This document shows positions 41,462 through 52,426 of a stretch of 64,000 nt of DNA, one piece after another. Position numbers and translations under genes: made by a program. This DNA is from Candidatus Krumholzibacteriota bacterium. GTDB taxonomy: Bacteria > Krumholzibacteriota > Krumholzibacteriia > JAJRXK01. The notes beneath the pieces were generated by a model, which ran no database searches, had not been told where the DNA came from, and saw only the letters and a list, made by a program, of their open reading frames with translations. Location: the NCBI GenBank assembly GCA_963806035.1, contig CAWDWO010000037.1, positions 1 to 64,000 of the forward strand, read 5' to 3'. How positions within the stretch are numbered: the first letter of the stretch is position 1; every line of letters starts with the position of its first letter.

Positions 41462-41986
41462 ATGCGGAAACTCGCGAATCTCGGGCTGTGCTGCGCTCTG
41501 CTCCTGCTGGCGGTGGCGGGATGCACCAAGAAAACGGCGCCCTCCCAGGAGCTGATGCACTATCCGCTGGACGGGATGGACGGGGTGATCAGCCGCACCG
41601 GGGTCGCCTTCGACCCCGTGGTATCCAGCGACGGCCACGGTTCCCTGCACATCACGACGAACGATTCCACCACGATTCGTCTCTTCGAGACCGGGGATGT
41701 GAACGTGGAGAACGCAGCCCTTCGTTACCAAGCCATGCTGCGCACCAAGGATGTGCAGGGACAGGTTTACCTGGAGATGTGGTGCGGGTTTCCCGGCATG
41801 GGCGAGTACTTCTCGCGCGGCCTCCACAGCCAGCTCACAGGCAGCCAGGGGTGGAATTCCCAGCAGACTTCGTTCGTCCTGAAGAAGGGTGAGAATCCCG
41901 ATCAGGTGCGGCTCAATCTGGTGGTCACCGGGCCCGGTGAAGTCTGGATCGACGACATTCACCTCACGGCAGCGCCGCTGGAGTGA
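41462..41986 (+). CDS. Hypothetical lipoprotein with jelly-roll / CBM-like fold
   Basis: VAG-C lipobox; GEVWIDDI C-terminal strand; GGAGG RBS. Confidence 0.75.
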   Translation: MRKLANLGLCCALLLLAVAGCTKKTAPSQELMHYPLDGMDGVISRTGVAFDPVVSSDGHGSLHITTNDSTTIRLFETGDVNVENAALRYQAMLRTKDVQGQVYLEMWCGFPGMGEYFSRGLHSQLTGSQGWNSQQTSFVLKKGENPDQVRLNLVVTGPGEVWIDDIHLTAAPLE

Positions 41987-42035
41987 TCCGGGCGCGTTCG
42001 GGCATTCCCTGCCTCCGACTGCGCGAACCGGGCGC

Positions 42036-42503
42036 CTAGGATTTCAGCATGCCCTCGGGCATCTCGACGCACACCACTTTCCCGGTGGCGCACACGACAC
42101 CATCCGCGGACAACTCGGCGCTCACCACCACCTTTCGTCCCTTGATCTCTTCGATGGTGCCGCGGATCACCAGCTCCGGACCCATGGGGGTGGGCTTCAG
42201 GTAATTCACGTGCAGAGCGGCCGTCACGAAACGGGGGATCTCCTCGCCCTCCTTCCCACCGCGGTGGCGATGCATGGCGGCCGCGGCGGATCCGGTACCG
42301 TGGCAGTCGATGAGGGAGGCGATGAGTCCGCCATAGACGTATCCCACGATCGCGGTGTGGTAGGGTTTGGGTTGGAATGTGCAGACGGTCTCGTCACCGT
42401 CCCAGTAGCTCTTGATTTGGTGCCCGTGCTCGTTCAGAGCCCCACAGCCGTAGCACTGCTGGACGTCTTCGGGATAGAGATCTTGGAATGCGGCCTTACT
42501 CAT
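42036..42503 (-). CDS. PaaI / hotdog-fold thioesterase
   Basis: CYGCG, VYGGLIASLIDCH and VNYLKPTP motifs. Confidence 0.88.
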   Translation of the reverse strand: MSKAAFQDLYPEDVQQCYGCGALNEHGHQIKSYWDGDETVCTFQPKPYHTAIVGYVYGGLIASLIDCHGTGSAAAAMHRHRGGKEGEEIPRFVTAALHVNYLKPTPMGPELVIRGTIEEIKGRKVVVSAELSADGVVCATGKVVCVEMPEGMLKS

Positions 42504-43524
42504 GCTTCTCCTCTTCTGCTGCTGGAGCCAGAGCCTGTAGGTACTGTTGCAGTTTTTCCTGCTGCTCGATCTTCATCTTGCCTTCGGACACCGTGATGGC
42601 ACGCATCTCGGCGAGTGCGGCGCCGACCAGATCCCCGCGGGCAGCGAGAACGCTTGCCAGACCATCGAGATGTCCTGGAGCTTCGAATCGTGTGGCGCTG
42701 ACTGCCAGCTGCGCTGCCCGCACTGCGAGATCGAAGAGGGGGGAGGGAACCTCGCCCTCCGCCTTGGTGAGCTGGAGAGCGAGCCCCGTAAAGAGCTTGG
42801 GATCAGCTACTTCGGCGTAGTCGCTCAGAAGCCGGCGCGCCAGTGAGCTTGCTTCGTCCCACTGCTGCCCCGCGACGGCCGCGTCGAATTGGCTTCGCAG
42901 ATCCTTGGCGGCGCGGCTTTGTTGAAACTCGAGGCGCGCCCGCGCCATGTCGAAATTGCCCGACAGGAGGGCTTGAATCCTCGGCTCCACGCTGTGTGGA
43001 TTTCCGACCCACAGCAGGCGACCTTGCCCATCCAGGAGGAAGGCCTTTGGCAGACTCATCGTGCCCAGGCGTTGCATCCAGTCGTGGACGAAAATCCCCT
43101 GCAGCTTCTTGTCGCTGGAGAGGCTGGGGGAAAGCCACGCCAACCGGTACTTGATCTTGTTCTTGCGGCCATCAACGAAGTTCTTCACCGCAGGGAGCTC
43201 GTTACCCCACTTGTCCTCGGAGGTGATGCCGATCACCACGAGCCCGTCCCCTCGATACCGGTCTTGGAGAGACTGGAGCAAGGGCATGCTCGCCAGACAC
43301 GGCGTACACCATGTCGCCCAGAGATCGATCAGGTAGTAGTGGCCCTCTTGCCAGTTCTCGATGGGGTCGCCCTGGAGCCATTCCTGCACGTTCAGGAAGG
43401 GTAGGGTGTCTCCGACCGCCAGGGGCTGGTTTGGGGTCTGGGCCCGAGAATTCCCGCTGCCCCAGAGCAGAGCGATGAGGAGCAGGAAGAGTCGATGGCG
43501 GACGGTGGCGCGAAGCTGGCACAT
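42496..43524 (-). CDS. Exported TlpA/ResA-like thioredoxin with helical C-terminal domain
   Basis: Signal peptide; DLWATWCTPC; AAGGAG RBS before ATG 43524. Confidence 0.85.
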   Translation of the reverse strand: MCQLRATVRHRLFLLLIALLWGSGNSRAQTPNQPLAVGDTLPFLNVQEWLQGDPIENWQEGHYYLIDLWATWCTPCLASMPLLQSLQDRYRGDGLVVIGITSEDKWGNELPAVKNFVDGRKNKIKYRLAWLSPSLSSDKKLQGIFVHDWMQRLGTMSLPKAFLLDGQGRLLWVGNPHSVEPRIQALLSGNFDMARARLEFQQSRAAKDLRSQFDAAVAGQQWDEASSLARRLLSDYAEVADPKLFTGLALQLTKAEGEVPSPLFDLAVRAAQLAVSATRFEAPGHLDGLASVLAARGDLVGAALAEMRAITVSEGKMKIEQQEKLQQYLQALAPAAEEEKHE

Positions 43525-43707
43525 CGGGGCGCTCCTTGTCTGGTCGATGGCTGGACGGGGGATTGGTGATTGAATGGGTAGATAACAACAAGCTAAGCGG
43601 CGGGAACGGCGGCGTCGAGTCGGATCTCCGCACAAAGCAAGACGCGAAAGGCGACGCCTGCTAAACTGCGATGGGCAACCGGGCCGTTTGCGCAAGGAGA
43701 GCTGGTA

Positions 43708-44049
43708 GTGCTGGGCAAGAATTTGGGCGATTACGAGATCATCGCATCCCTGGGAAGCGGGGGGATGGGGGAGGTCTACCGCGCCCGGGACCGTCAGCTC
43801 GGGCGCGAAGTCGCCCTCAAATTGCTGCGCGAGGATCTCGGCGCCGATGCCAAACTGCTCAGCCGATTGGGGCAGGAAGCGCGCACCCTCGCCAGTCTCA
43901 ACCATCCCAACATCGCGACTCTCTTCGCGTTTACTCGAGCCGGCGGGCGCTGCTTTCTGGTAATGGAGTTGGTGGAGGGGAACGATCTCCAGCAGCGTCT
44001 GCTCGAGGGGCCCCTGGACACCGCGCAGGCCATTCGCGTGGCCGCTCAG
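43708..44049 (+). pseudogene. Truncated Ser/Thr kinase, N-lobe only
   Basis: LGSGGMGEVYRARD, VALK, LNHPNI and LVMEL; ends before HRD, at the msrA stop codon. Confidence 0.8.
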
Positions 44050-45160
44050 GGACGCAGGTAGTGGCAGGTGTAGCCACCGGGATGCTTCACCAGATAGTCC
44101 TGATGATATTCCTCGGCGCGATAGAAGGCCGAGGCGGGAACGATCTCGGTGACCACGGGATTCTTCCATTTGCCCGATGCGTCCACCTCGGCTTTCACCT
44201 TCTCGGCGATCTCGCGCTGCTCTTCGCCGTGATAGAAGATCGCCGAACGGTACGAGGTGCCGATGTCGTTGCCCTGCCGGTTCTTGGTGGTGGGATCGTG
44301 CATGCGGAAGAAGTATCCCAGCAGCTCCTCGAAACTGATCTTCGAGGGATCGAAGGTGATCTGGATCGCTTCCGCGTGACCGGTGTTGCCGCTGTGCACT
44401 TCCTCGTAGCTGGGATTCTTGGTGGTTCCACCGGTGTACCCCACGACCGTGTCCAGCACTCCCGGGATCTTGCGGAGGATGTCCTCCATGCCCCAGAAAC
44501 AACCGCCGGCCAGAGTGGCGATCTCGGTTTTTGGCTTGTCCATGTTGTTGTCTTTCTTCTCGGCGGATTGAAAGAGGACCAGGTAGTTGCCGTAGCCTTC
44601 GCTCTTCAACTGAGAGACGGGAATGAAACGCAGCGCGGCCGAGTTGATGCAGTAACGCAGACCATCGGGACGGGGTCCGTCGGGAAAGACGTGGCCGAGA
44701 TGGGAGTCGGCGCTCTTGGAACGAATTTCGATCCGCGCGTCATTCCCAGACTCTTGTCGACATCCTCGGTCACCGCATCGGGATCCACGGGGCGGGTGAA
44801 GCTGGGCCAGCCGCAGCCGGAATCGTACTTGTCCATGGACGTGAAGAGGGGCTCTCCGGAGACGACATCCACGTAGAGTCCGGGCTCGTGATTGTCCCAG
44901 TACTCGTTCTGGAAGGCCCTTTCGGTGGCCGCCTTCTGGGTCACCTGGTACTGCAGGGGCTTCAGCTCCTTGCGCAGCGTGGCATCGTCGGGCTTCTGGT
45001 AGTGCTTCCAGGAACTGTCGGGATTTTCTTTTACCATGGGTCGCTTCGCCGTTTTCTCGGGTTTCTTCGCGTAGGCCGGCGCGCTCGCCAGCATCGCTGC
45101 CACGGCGACGCCGGCCATCAAGGTCCAAAGGGCCTGGAATTTCTTGACTCGGGTTCTCAC
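44046..45160 (-). CDS. msrAB: Exported bifunctional methionine sulfoxide reductase MsrB-MsrA, frameshift near 44735
   Basis: Signal peptide ending PAYA; MsrB GCGWPSF, HLGHVF and RYCINS; MsrA GGCFWG and AEEYHQDY. Confidence 0.92.
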
Positions 45161-45267
45161 GGCATCCTCCTGGGGAAAGCGACTGGGTGCACGACTCTTC
45201 TATCTCCGTCTGGCGAACTTACGAAGCAAAGCCCAAGTCGTGACCGTCCATCCCGTCTGCGAGCCCT

Positions 45268-46395
45268 TCAGCTCAGGCGTTTCTGGAAACGTTGCGCCGC
45301 CGAACCAAAGACAAACAAACCCATGCCGGTGAGAATGGCCAGGTCCCGCCATAGATCGAGGAATCCGGACCCTTTGAGGAATATCCCCCGCACGATCTCC
45401 ATGATGTAGCGCACCGGGTCGGCAGCCGAGATCCACTGCGCCCAGCGCGGCATGTTCTCCACGGGGTAGAAGAAGCCGCTCATGAGGATCCCGAAGACCA
45501 AAAAGAACCAGACCGTGAGCATGGCCTGCTGCTGGGTCTGCGAGAGGGTCGAGGCCAAGAGCCCCACGCCGAGGGTCACCAGCAGGTAGGCCATGCCGGA
45601 CAGGGCGAGCAGTGGGATCGAACCCTCCAGGGGCAAATGGAACCAAAGCACGGCCACCACGCCCGCGAAGCAGAATTCGAAGAAGGCAACCACCACGAAG
45701 GGGATGGTCTTGCCCGCCACCAACTCGAAGGGACGCAGGGGACTCACCAGGAGTTGTTCGAGGGTCCCGATTTCTTTCTCCCGCACCACCGCCATCCCCG
45801 TCAGTAGGGAGGAGATGACCGTGATCAAGAGGACGAGGATTCCCGGCACCATGAAGAAGCGGCTCTCGAGCTGCGGATTGTAGAAGAAGCGTGTGATTCC
45901 GGCGACCCGGGCCACACCTCCTGAGGCGCTTTCAGGCTCGAAGCCCCTCTCGCGCAGCATCCGCTGCGTCTCGCGCGCCACGATGATCTGCGCGTAGCCG
46001 CTGGCGCGCCCCGCCACGCTGCTGTTTTGTCCGTCCACTCGAATTTGGACGCCGGGAGTTTTGCCCTCGGCCAGATCTCTCGCGAATCCCTTGGGAATCC
46101 AGAGCGTCACCCGCGCGCGTTCGCTGGTGAGATAATTCTGAAGCTCGGTGGGATCGTGCGCGATGGGACCGGGCACGAAAACGTCGCAATGGAAAAAGGA
46201 ATTCACCAGGCGGCGCGACACAGCGCTCTGATCCTGGTCGAGCGCGGAGACCGGCACGTTGTGCAGATCGGTATTGGCAGCGTAGGAAAACACGAGCAGT
46301 TGAACCAACGGAACTGCGAAGATGATGCGCAGCATACCGGGATCACGGAAGATCTGCCGGAATTCCTTACGGATGAGAGTTCGAAGCGCGCGCAT
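45268..46395 (-). CDS. ABC-2 permease (YbhR-like)
   Basis: KEFRQIFRD, FYNPQL, VREKEIGTLEQL and SGFFYPVENMP motifs. Confidence 0.9.
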   Translation of the reverse strand: MRALRTLIRKEFRQIFRDPGMLRIIFAVPLVQLLVFSYAANTDLHNVPVSALDQDQSAVSRRLVNSFFHCDVFVPGPIAHDPTELQNYLTSERARVTLWIPKGFARDLAEGKTPGVQIRVDGQNSSVAGRASGYAQIIVARETQRMLRERGFEPESASGGVARVAGITRFFYNPQLESRFFMVPGILVLLITVISSLLTGMAVVREKEIGTLEQLLVSPLRPFELVAGKTIPFVVVAFFEFCFAGVVAVLWFHLPLEGSIPLLALSGMAYLLVTLGVGLLASTLSQTQQQAMLTVWFFLVFGILMSGFFYPVENMPRWAQWISAADPVRYIMEIVRGIFLKGSGFLDLWRDLAILTGMGLFVFGSAAQRFQKRLS

Positions 46396-46399
46396 TGCA

Positions 46400-47518
46400 T
46401 TACTCCAAGGTGGCACGGAAGCGACGTGTGGCCGCGCCGGTGAAAACCAGCAAGAGGACGAGCATGATCGCCAAATCGCGCCCGAACCAGAATTCACCCT
46501 TCAGGAGAATTCCGTGCACGATGCGGATGTAATGCGTTGCGGGAATGATCTCTCCAATCATCCGCAAGGGGAGCGGCATGCCACGCAGTTCGAAGATGAA
46601 GCCCGAGAGGATGAGACTGGGTAGATAGGTCGCGACCAGTGCGAACATCATCGCATTGCGCTGCGAGCCGGCGAGGGCTGAGATCAACAGGCCCAGAGAG
46701 AGCGCGATCATGATGTAAACGAGACTGTAGGCAGCCAGTACCCACCAAGAGCCGTGCATGGGGACTCCAAAGACCAGCCGACCCACCGCCAGTACCAGGG
46801 AGGCGTCGATCGCGCCCAATCCCACATAGGGGAGGAGCTTGCCCACAATGACTTGCAGGGGTGTCACCGGAGTGGTCAACACCTGCTCCAGGGTGCCCGT
46901 CTCCTTTTCACGGGCGAGGGCGATGCTGGTGAGCAGGGCGCAGATCATCATGAGGACGACCGCCACCAGGCCCGGAACCACGAAGTAGGCGCTCTTTAGC
47001 TCGGGGTTGAAATCGATCCGCAGACGTGGATCGACGGGGATCGCCGAGGCAGCGAGCGTGGCGGCAGCGCCTGAGTTCGCCAGTTCCCTGTTGAATTGCA
47101 GCAGAACCGTGTTCAGATAGTTGTCTACGGTGGCCGCGGTGGTGCCGTCCGCGCCGTCGATCAAAATTTGCACGGGAGAATTCTCGTCTTTTTCGAGACC
47201 TCGAGCGAAGTGGCGCGGGATGACCACGGCCGCGCGGAAGCGGCTTGTACGAAATCCCGCCCCGATTTCATCGCGCGTTCTCAGCCGCCCCGCGTCCACG
47301 ATGAATCCGCTGGATGTCATGTTGCGGATGAGCGCGCGGCTCGCGGGACTGTGATCTTGGTCCAGAAAGGCCACGGGGAGGTGCTTGAGTTCCATGTCGA
47401 TGGCAAAGCCGAAAATGAGCACCATCGCCAGAGGCATGAGAATGGCAACGCCCAGACTTCTGCGGTCGCGCAGAATGTGATAGACCTCCTTGCGGGCCAT
47501 TGCAAAAACGCGCTTCAT
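46400..47518 (-). CDS. ABC-2 permease (YbhS-like)
   Basis: KEVYHILRDRRS, FNPEL, AREKETGTLEQ and LSGFIF motifs. Confidence 0.9.
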   Translation of the reverse strand: MKRVFAMARKEVYHILRDRRSLGVAILMPLAMVLIFGFAIDMELKHLPVAFLDQDHSPASRALIRNMTSSGFIVDAGRLRTRDEIGAGFRTSRFRAAVVIPRHFARGLEKDENSPVQILIDGADGTTAATVDNYLNTVLLQFNRELANSGAAATLAASAIPVDPRLRIDFNPELKSAYFVVPGLVAVVLMMICALLTSIALAREKETGTLEQVLTTPVTPLQVIVGKLLPYVGLGAIDASLVLAVGRLVFGVPMHGSWWVLAAYSLVYIMIALSLGLLISALAGSQRNAMMFALVATYLPSLILSGFIFELRGMPLPLRMIGEIIPATHYIRIVHGILLKGEFWFGRDLAIMLVLLLVFTGAATRRFRATLE

Positions 47519-48250
47519 GATCCCACCAGCTCCAGAAAGACATCCTGCATGCTCGAAGTACCCGTGCGTTCCTTCAGTTTTTGCGGACTATCCAACGCTT
47601 CGATTTTGCCGTGAACCATGATCGAGACGCGGCCACAGTACTCGGCTTCGTCCATGTAGTGGGTGGTGACGAAGACGGTGGTGCCGGAGTCGGCCAACTC
47701 GTAGATGAGGTCCCAGAATTGGCGGCGCGCTACCGGATCGACCCCGCCGGTGGGCTCATCGAGAAAGACGATCTTCGGTTCGTGCAACACTGCGCAGCCC
47801 AGGGCCAGACGCTGCTTGTACCCCAAGGGCAACGACGCCGTTGCATTCTCTCCTGCATCTCGCTCAGCCCCAGGCGCGTGACCAGTTCGCGGGAGCGCTC
47901 GCGGATTTTGCCGGCATCCATCCCGTAGATCCCGCCGTAGAATTCCAGAGTTCTCGTGCACGCGCAGATCGTCGTAGAGGCTGAAGCGCTGGCTCATGTA
48001 ACCGATCTTGCGCTTGATTCGCTCGCCGTGGCGGTTGACCGAGAGCCCTCCGACCCAGGCTTCGCCATCGCTGGGTGCCAGAAGTCCACAGAACATACGG
48101 ATGGCGGTGGTCTTGCCCGCGCCGTTCGCGCCCAAGAAATCCGAAGATCTCGCCGGGTTCCACCGCCAAGGAGATGTGATCGACGGCGGTGAAGTCGCCG
48201 AAACGCCGCGTGAGGCCCTCCGCGTAGACTGCATACTCGTCGTGTGTCAT
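47515..48250 (-). CDS. ABC ATPase (YbhF-like), frameshifted
   Basis: [36 protein letters not shown] and TTHYMDEAE motifs. Confidence 0.88.
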
Positions 48251-49197
48251 GTCGTCGCCTCCTGCTGATGGAGAGTGAGTTCGACGAAGACGTCCTCGGT
48301 GGAAGGGTGCGTGGGTGAAAGTGTCACTTCGAGCTGCGCCAGGCGCGCACGAATGGCCTGAAGCTGTTGGTCCTCGTCATAGACCACGTGCAAGCGGTCG
48401 CCAAAACGATGCACGGAGAGCTTGTCGAATCCCAAGAGCGTCGAGCGCGCTTCCTTGAGATCTTTGCCGGTGAGCTCGATCAGTTTGCGCGGAAAGACGC
48501 CGGGAATTTTCTCGGGAGCGCCCTGCACCAGCACGCGGCCTTTGTGCATCAGCACGACGCGATCGCAGAGATCGGCTTCGTCCATGTAGGGAGTGCTGAC
48601 CAGGAGCGCGAGGCCCTCGCCGGCCAGCTCGCGCAGAATCCGCCAGAATTCGCGCCGGCTGACCGGGTCGACCCCGGTAGTGGGCTCGTCCAGCACCAGA
48701 ACTTCAGGCGTGTGGATCAGCGTGCAGCTCAGGGCGAGCTTCTGTTTCATTCCCCCAGAGAGTTGGCCGGCGCGCCGCGAACGGAATTCACCGAGTTGGC
48801 TGAACTCCATCAGGCGCGCCTCCCGATCCTGCCGGGCCTGGCCGGTCACTCCGAACATGTCCGCGAAGAAGCGCAGGTTTTCGGCCACGCTCAAGTCCGG
48901 GTACAGGCTGAAGCGTTGCGGCATGTAACCCAGGTGGTGCTTGAGTTCGCGGGCCTCGCGTTGGCTGTCGAAGCTCAGAACCCGCGTGCTTCCCTCATCG
49001 GGCCGAAGTAAGCCACATACGATACGCATCGAAGTGGTCTTGCCGGCTCCGTCGGGACCGATGAGCCCGACGATCTCACCGCGACCCACCTGCAAGCTGA
49101 GATTGTCGACCGCCAGTGTCTCCCCGTAGCTCTTGCGGAGTTTTTCGATCTGAATCGCGGGGCCGGTCTGGTCACTCTTCGTTTGCAGCGCGTTCAT
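48247..49197 (-). CDS. ABC ATPase
   Basis: [17 protein letters not shown] and [10 protein letters not shown] motifs. Confidence 0.92.
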   Translation of the reverse strand: MNALQTKSDQTGPAIQIEKLRKSYGETLAVDNLSLQVGRGEIVGLIGPDGAGKTTSMRIVCGLLRPDEGSTRVLSFDSQREARELKHHLGYMPQRFSLYPDLSVAENLRFFADMFGVTGQARQDREARLMEFSQLGEFRSRRAGQLSGGMKQKLALSCTLIHTPEVLVLDEPTTGVDPVSRREFWRILRELAGEGLALLVSTPYMDEADLCDRVVLMHKGRVLVQGAPEKIPGVFPRKLIELTGKDLKEARSTLLGFDKLSVHRFGDRLHVVYDEDQQLQAIRARLAQLEVTLSPTHPSTEDVFVELTLHQQEATT

Positions 49198-49205
49198 GAC
49201 GGGCC

Positions 49206-50201
49206 TCAATTTCCTGCTGCCGCGCTGAGACGAACTGCCGCGGGCATGCCGATGTGCAGGCGTCCGTCCGGGTTGTCCACGGTGAGCTTCACCGCGTACA
49301 CGAGCTGTGCGCGCGCCTGTGCCGTCTGCGCATTCTTGGGGGTGAATTCGGCCTGCGAAGCGATCCAGCTCACTCTGCCCTGCAACTCCTTGCCTGCGAG
49401 AGCGTCCACCAGCACGGGCAGGGTTTGTCCCAACTTCACGCGGTCCAATTCCGGCTCTTCCAGGTAGACGCGGAGTTCCAGCTGACTCAGGTCGGCCATG
49501 CGCAAAGCCAGGGCGCCGGTCCGCCCCAGCTCACCGGGCTCCGCAGCGCGCACGAGAATGGTACCGTCGGTGGGTGCGAGGATGATCCCGTCGGCGATTT
49601 GGCGATCCACTACCTCGAGCGAGGCCTCCAGCTCCTTGCGCTGGGCGGCGAGCTGGCTCAAGCGATCCCGGGTCGCTTGGACCTGGCTTGCCGCGACATC
49701 ACGCTGTGCGCTGAGATCGTCCACCTGCTGTTGGGTGACCGAGCCCTGTTCGTGCAGAGTTTTGCTGCGCTTCAGCGTGGTCGAGGCCAACTCGAGCCTG
49801 CGTTCGCTCTGCCGCAGGGCCTGCTGGGCTTCGCTGGTCTGGGCCTGCAGTACCTCGCTCTGGGCCGCGGTCTGCGCGCGCTTCTTCTGCAGTAAATCGG
49901 TGTCGAGCACGAGCAGAGTGTCGCCCCTGGCCACCGTGTCGCCCTCGTCCGCTCTCACTTCGAGGACCTTGGCCGTGAGGAGGGGCGAGAGGTCCACCTC
50001 GGTGGCTTCGAGAGTTCCGCTCGGATTGGCGAGTTCGTCGCCCTTGCCGCAGGCGCTCAGCACGGTGCAGAGAAAGAGACCGGCGAGGATTCCCGACGCG
50101 ACACGCAGCTTTGACGAGGCGAAGGATGAAATGGAGGGGAGGGTCTGCATGGTGGTTTTTCCTTCCGGAGACGAGGTCTCGAATTTGGCTGCGATCATCA
50201 T
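49206..50201 (-). CDS. HlyD-family membrane fusion protein (YbhG-like)
   Basis: LSA-C lipobox, SGTLEATEV, coiled coil, AEFTPKN..T and G.LHIGMPA. Confidence 0.9.
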   Translation of the reverse strand: MMIAAKFETSSPEGKTTMQTLPSISSFASSKLRVASGILAGLFLCTVLSACGKGDELANPSGTLEATEVDLSPLLTAKVLEVRADEGDTVARGDTLLVLDTDLLQKKRAQTAAQSEVLQAQTSEAQQALRQSERRLELASTTLKRSKTLHEQGSVTQQQVDDLSAQRDVAASQVQATRDRLSQLAAQRKELEASLEVVDRQIADGIILAPTDGTILVRAAEPGELGRTGALALRMADLSQLELRVYLEEPELDRVKLGQTLPVLVDALAGKELQGRVSWIASQAEFTPKNAQTAQARAQLVYAVKLTVDNPDGRLHIGMPAAVRLSAAAGN

Positions 50202-51547
50202 CGGGCCACCGCGTAGAGAAGGTTCACTTCCGCGAGCCGGAGCCGCGAACGCTGGGCGGCGACCGCGATCTCCGCGTCGGAAAGATCGTCCTGGGCGTCC
50301 AGGAATTCGGTTTCCGTGCCCAGGCCCTGTTGGTAGCGCCCCCGCACCAACTCGAGCCGCTGGCTTTCCAGCGTGGCGCGTTGCCGTGCCTTGTCGACTT
50401 GCTGGTACTGGGCTCTCACCTGGGCTCGAGAAATTTCCAGAGCGCTCGTGAGTTCGCGCTGAAGTTCTTCGTGGCGGTGGGAGAGGGCCCGTGCAGTAGC
50501 CGCGTACTGCTCGGCGCGCGCCGAACGGCCGCCCTTGTCGAACAGAGTCCACTGCAGTCGAAGGCCCACCGTGGCCCAATCCATCCACTTGTTATCGATG
50601 ACGCGAACTCCAGGTCGCGCGTAATGGAGTTGCGCCGTGGCATTGAGCGAGGGCAGAAGGCTCCCCTTGGCGGCACGGCTCGCTTCTTGATTGGCCGATT
50701 GCCGCGAACTCAGTGCGTGCAGCTCCGGCCTTAGGTCCACCGAGCTCGCACCGCTGGGGATTTCATTGCTGGAAAGAAGGGTCCGGTCCAGCTGACCCGC
50801 GGGAACCACTTCCCGCGCGGGGAAGCCGAGCGCGCGCCCCAGTTGTAGGCGACGCACGGAGCGTTGCTCTTCTGCGTTCAGCAGGCGTTGCTCGGCAGCC
50901 CGCAGTCTCGCTTCCACCTGAAGCCGGGCCTCGGTCGAGGCCGCGCCCGCGCGAACTTGCTGCTCGAGTTCTTCGAGGTGGCGGCGCAGGCGCTGCACGG
51001 CCAAGCTCGCGGCATCGACTTCAGCCTGTGCTCCGAGAGCTTGATAGAAACTGGCCCGTACCTGCTGAATCACCCGTAGGCTATCCGCCGCCAAGTCGAA
51101 GCCAGTCGCATTCGCCGCATCCCGTTGCGCGTGCTCCTGGGCCGCGAGACGGCCGCCGGTATACAGAGGAAGCTCCAGATCGGCGAGAAGACCGTAACTC
51201 TCGTTGTCACCAAAGCGAATGGTGCGCGAGATGGGGGCCGGCAGATCGAACTCGTTGACCTCGCTCTGGTAATTGAAGTCCGCACCCACCGAGAGGGTCG
51301 GCCAGCGTTGAGCCCTGGCTTCGTCGACTCCAGCCGTCGCCGCGCGTTGGTTCTCGCCGAAGGCGCGCAGGCTCGAAGAATTGGAGAGTGCGGTTTGGAT
51401 GCAGTGCTCCAAATCGATGGCGGACGAAATCTCTTCAGCCCGCCCGTCCCGCGCGGAAAGTACCGACAGCACCAGGATCAAGGGCAAGGCCACGGCGAAG
51501 ACCACAGAGCAGCGGCGAGCTCGAAGGTGGCTTGAAACAGAGCTCAT
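50198..51547 (-). CDS. TolC-family outer-membrane efflux protein
   Basis: Signal peptide; PLYTGG, WTLFDKG and YQQGLGT..EFLDAQ repeats. Confidence 0.9.
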   Translation of the reverse strand: MSSVSSHLRARRCSVVFAVALPLILVLSVLSARDGRAEEISSAIDLEHCIQTALSNSSSLRAFGENQRAATAGVDEARAQRWPTLSVGADFNYQSEVNEFDLPAPISRTIRFGDNESYGLLADLELPLYTGGRLAAQEHAQRDAANATGFDLAADSLRVIQQVRASFYQALGAQAEVDAASLAVQRLRRHLEELEQQVRAGAASTEARLQVEARLRAAEQRLLNAEEQRSVRRLQLGRALGFPAREVVPAGQLDRTLLSSNEIPSGASSVDLRPELHALSSRQSANQEASRAAKGSLLPSLNATAQLHYARPGVRVIDNKWMDWATVGLRLQWTLFDKGGRSARAEQYAATARALSHRHEELQRELTSALEISRAQVRAQYQQVDKARQRATLESQRLELVRGRYQQGLGTETEFLDAQDDLSDAEIAVAAQRSRLRLAEVNLLYAVAR

Positions 51548-52257
51548 GACTCGGACTCCTTTGAAGTACGAGGAAGAAGTGCGCGTTGCAGCAATTCACT
51601 TTGGCCGCTCAGGAGCTTTTCCCAGCGCTCGTCGTCGAGAGTGGGAGCATCGAAGAGCACACGCACGATGGGTTCGAGAAAGAGAGGGCCGTAAGCGCAC
51701 ATGAGCAGTAGGTTCGCGATGGCGCGGGGTTCGCCCTCGACGAGTTGCCCGGCCGCTTGCGCTCGGCTCATCGCATCGAAGAGTAGCTGACGAAAACCCT
51801 TCGGTCCGGCATCGCCAAGTTCGCGCACGACCTCCAGCGCGTGCGGCCCACCTTGCCCGATCTCCTGTCGGATGATGGCGAGGCGCACTGGATCATCGCG
51901 GAAGGCGCTGTTGATGCGCCGGACCAGGTTGAGAAGGCGATCGATGGGACGGCCTTCTTCATCCGCGAGAACGCTGGCGAGGGTGCCGAAAACTTGCAGC
52001 ATTTCCCTTCCCAAGACTCGACGGTAGAGCTGCACTTTTGAACCGAAGTAGTAGTGGACCATGGCCAGATTCACTTGCGCGCGGTCCGCGATGGAGCGGG
52101 TGGTGGTTGCGTCCATCCCCGTCTCGGCAAAGGCCTCACGGGCCGCGTCGAGGATGCGCGCCCGCGGGCTTCCCGGCTCCGGAGCCTGGAATTCGGGCGG
52201 AATGGCGGCCAGGCCGCGCCCGGCAGCTTGGGAAGATGGCTTCTTGGAGGACTTCAT
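51544..52257 (-). CDS. TetR-family regulator
   Basis: RILDAAREAFAETG..ATTTRSIADRAQVNLAMVHYYFGSK. Confidence 0.92.
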   Translation of the reverse strand: MKSSKKPSSQAAGRGLAAIPPEFQAPEPGSPRARILDAAREAFAETGMDATTTRSIADRAQVNLAMVHYYFGSKVQLYRRVLGREMLQVFGTLASVLADEEGRPIDRLLNLVRRINSAFRDDPVRLAIIRQEIGQGGPHALEVVRELGDAGPKGFRQLLFDAMSRAQAAGQLVEGEPRAIANLLLMCAYGPLFLEPIVRVLFDAPTLDDERWEKLLSGQSELLQRALLPRTSKESES

Positions 52258-52287
52258 GAGCTTCCTTCCGCCTTGGAGAAGAAACAT

Positions 52288-52318
52288 TGGTCATATGATT
52301 AAGTCGTACGTATGACCA
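52288..52318. promoter_or_regulatory. Putative TetR operator TGGTCATA-N15-TATGACCA
   Basis: AT-rich inverted repeat about 30 nt upstream of tetR. Confidence 0.55.
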
Positions 52319-52426
52319 TGGCAAGGGGGGAAATCCGCAAAAGGCCCATTCTCGTGCGCGACCCGGCGGCGGGCCGAGTGCTATAGTACTGCGTTCACAC
52401 AAGTTCCGAGGAGCTCTGGAATCTTC

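Noticed and set aside
42496..44502. 668-aa ORF
   Set aside because: Only the last ~340 aa (from ATG 43524, with RBS and signal peptide) is TlpA. The rest is an alternate frame of msrA and the antisense of the kinase remnant.
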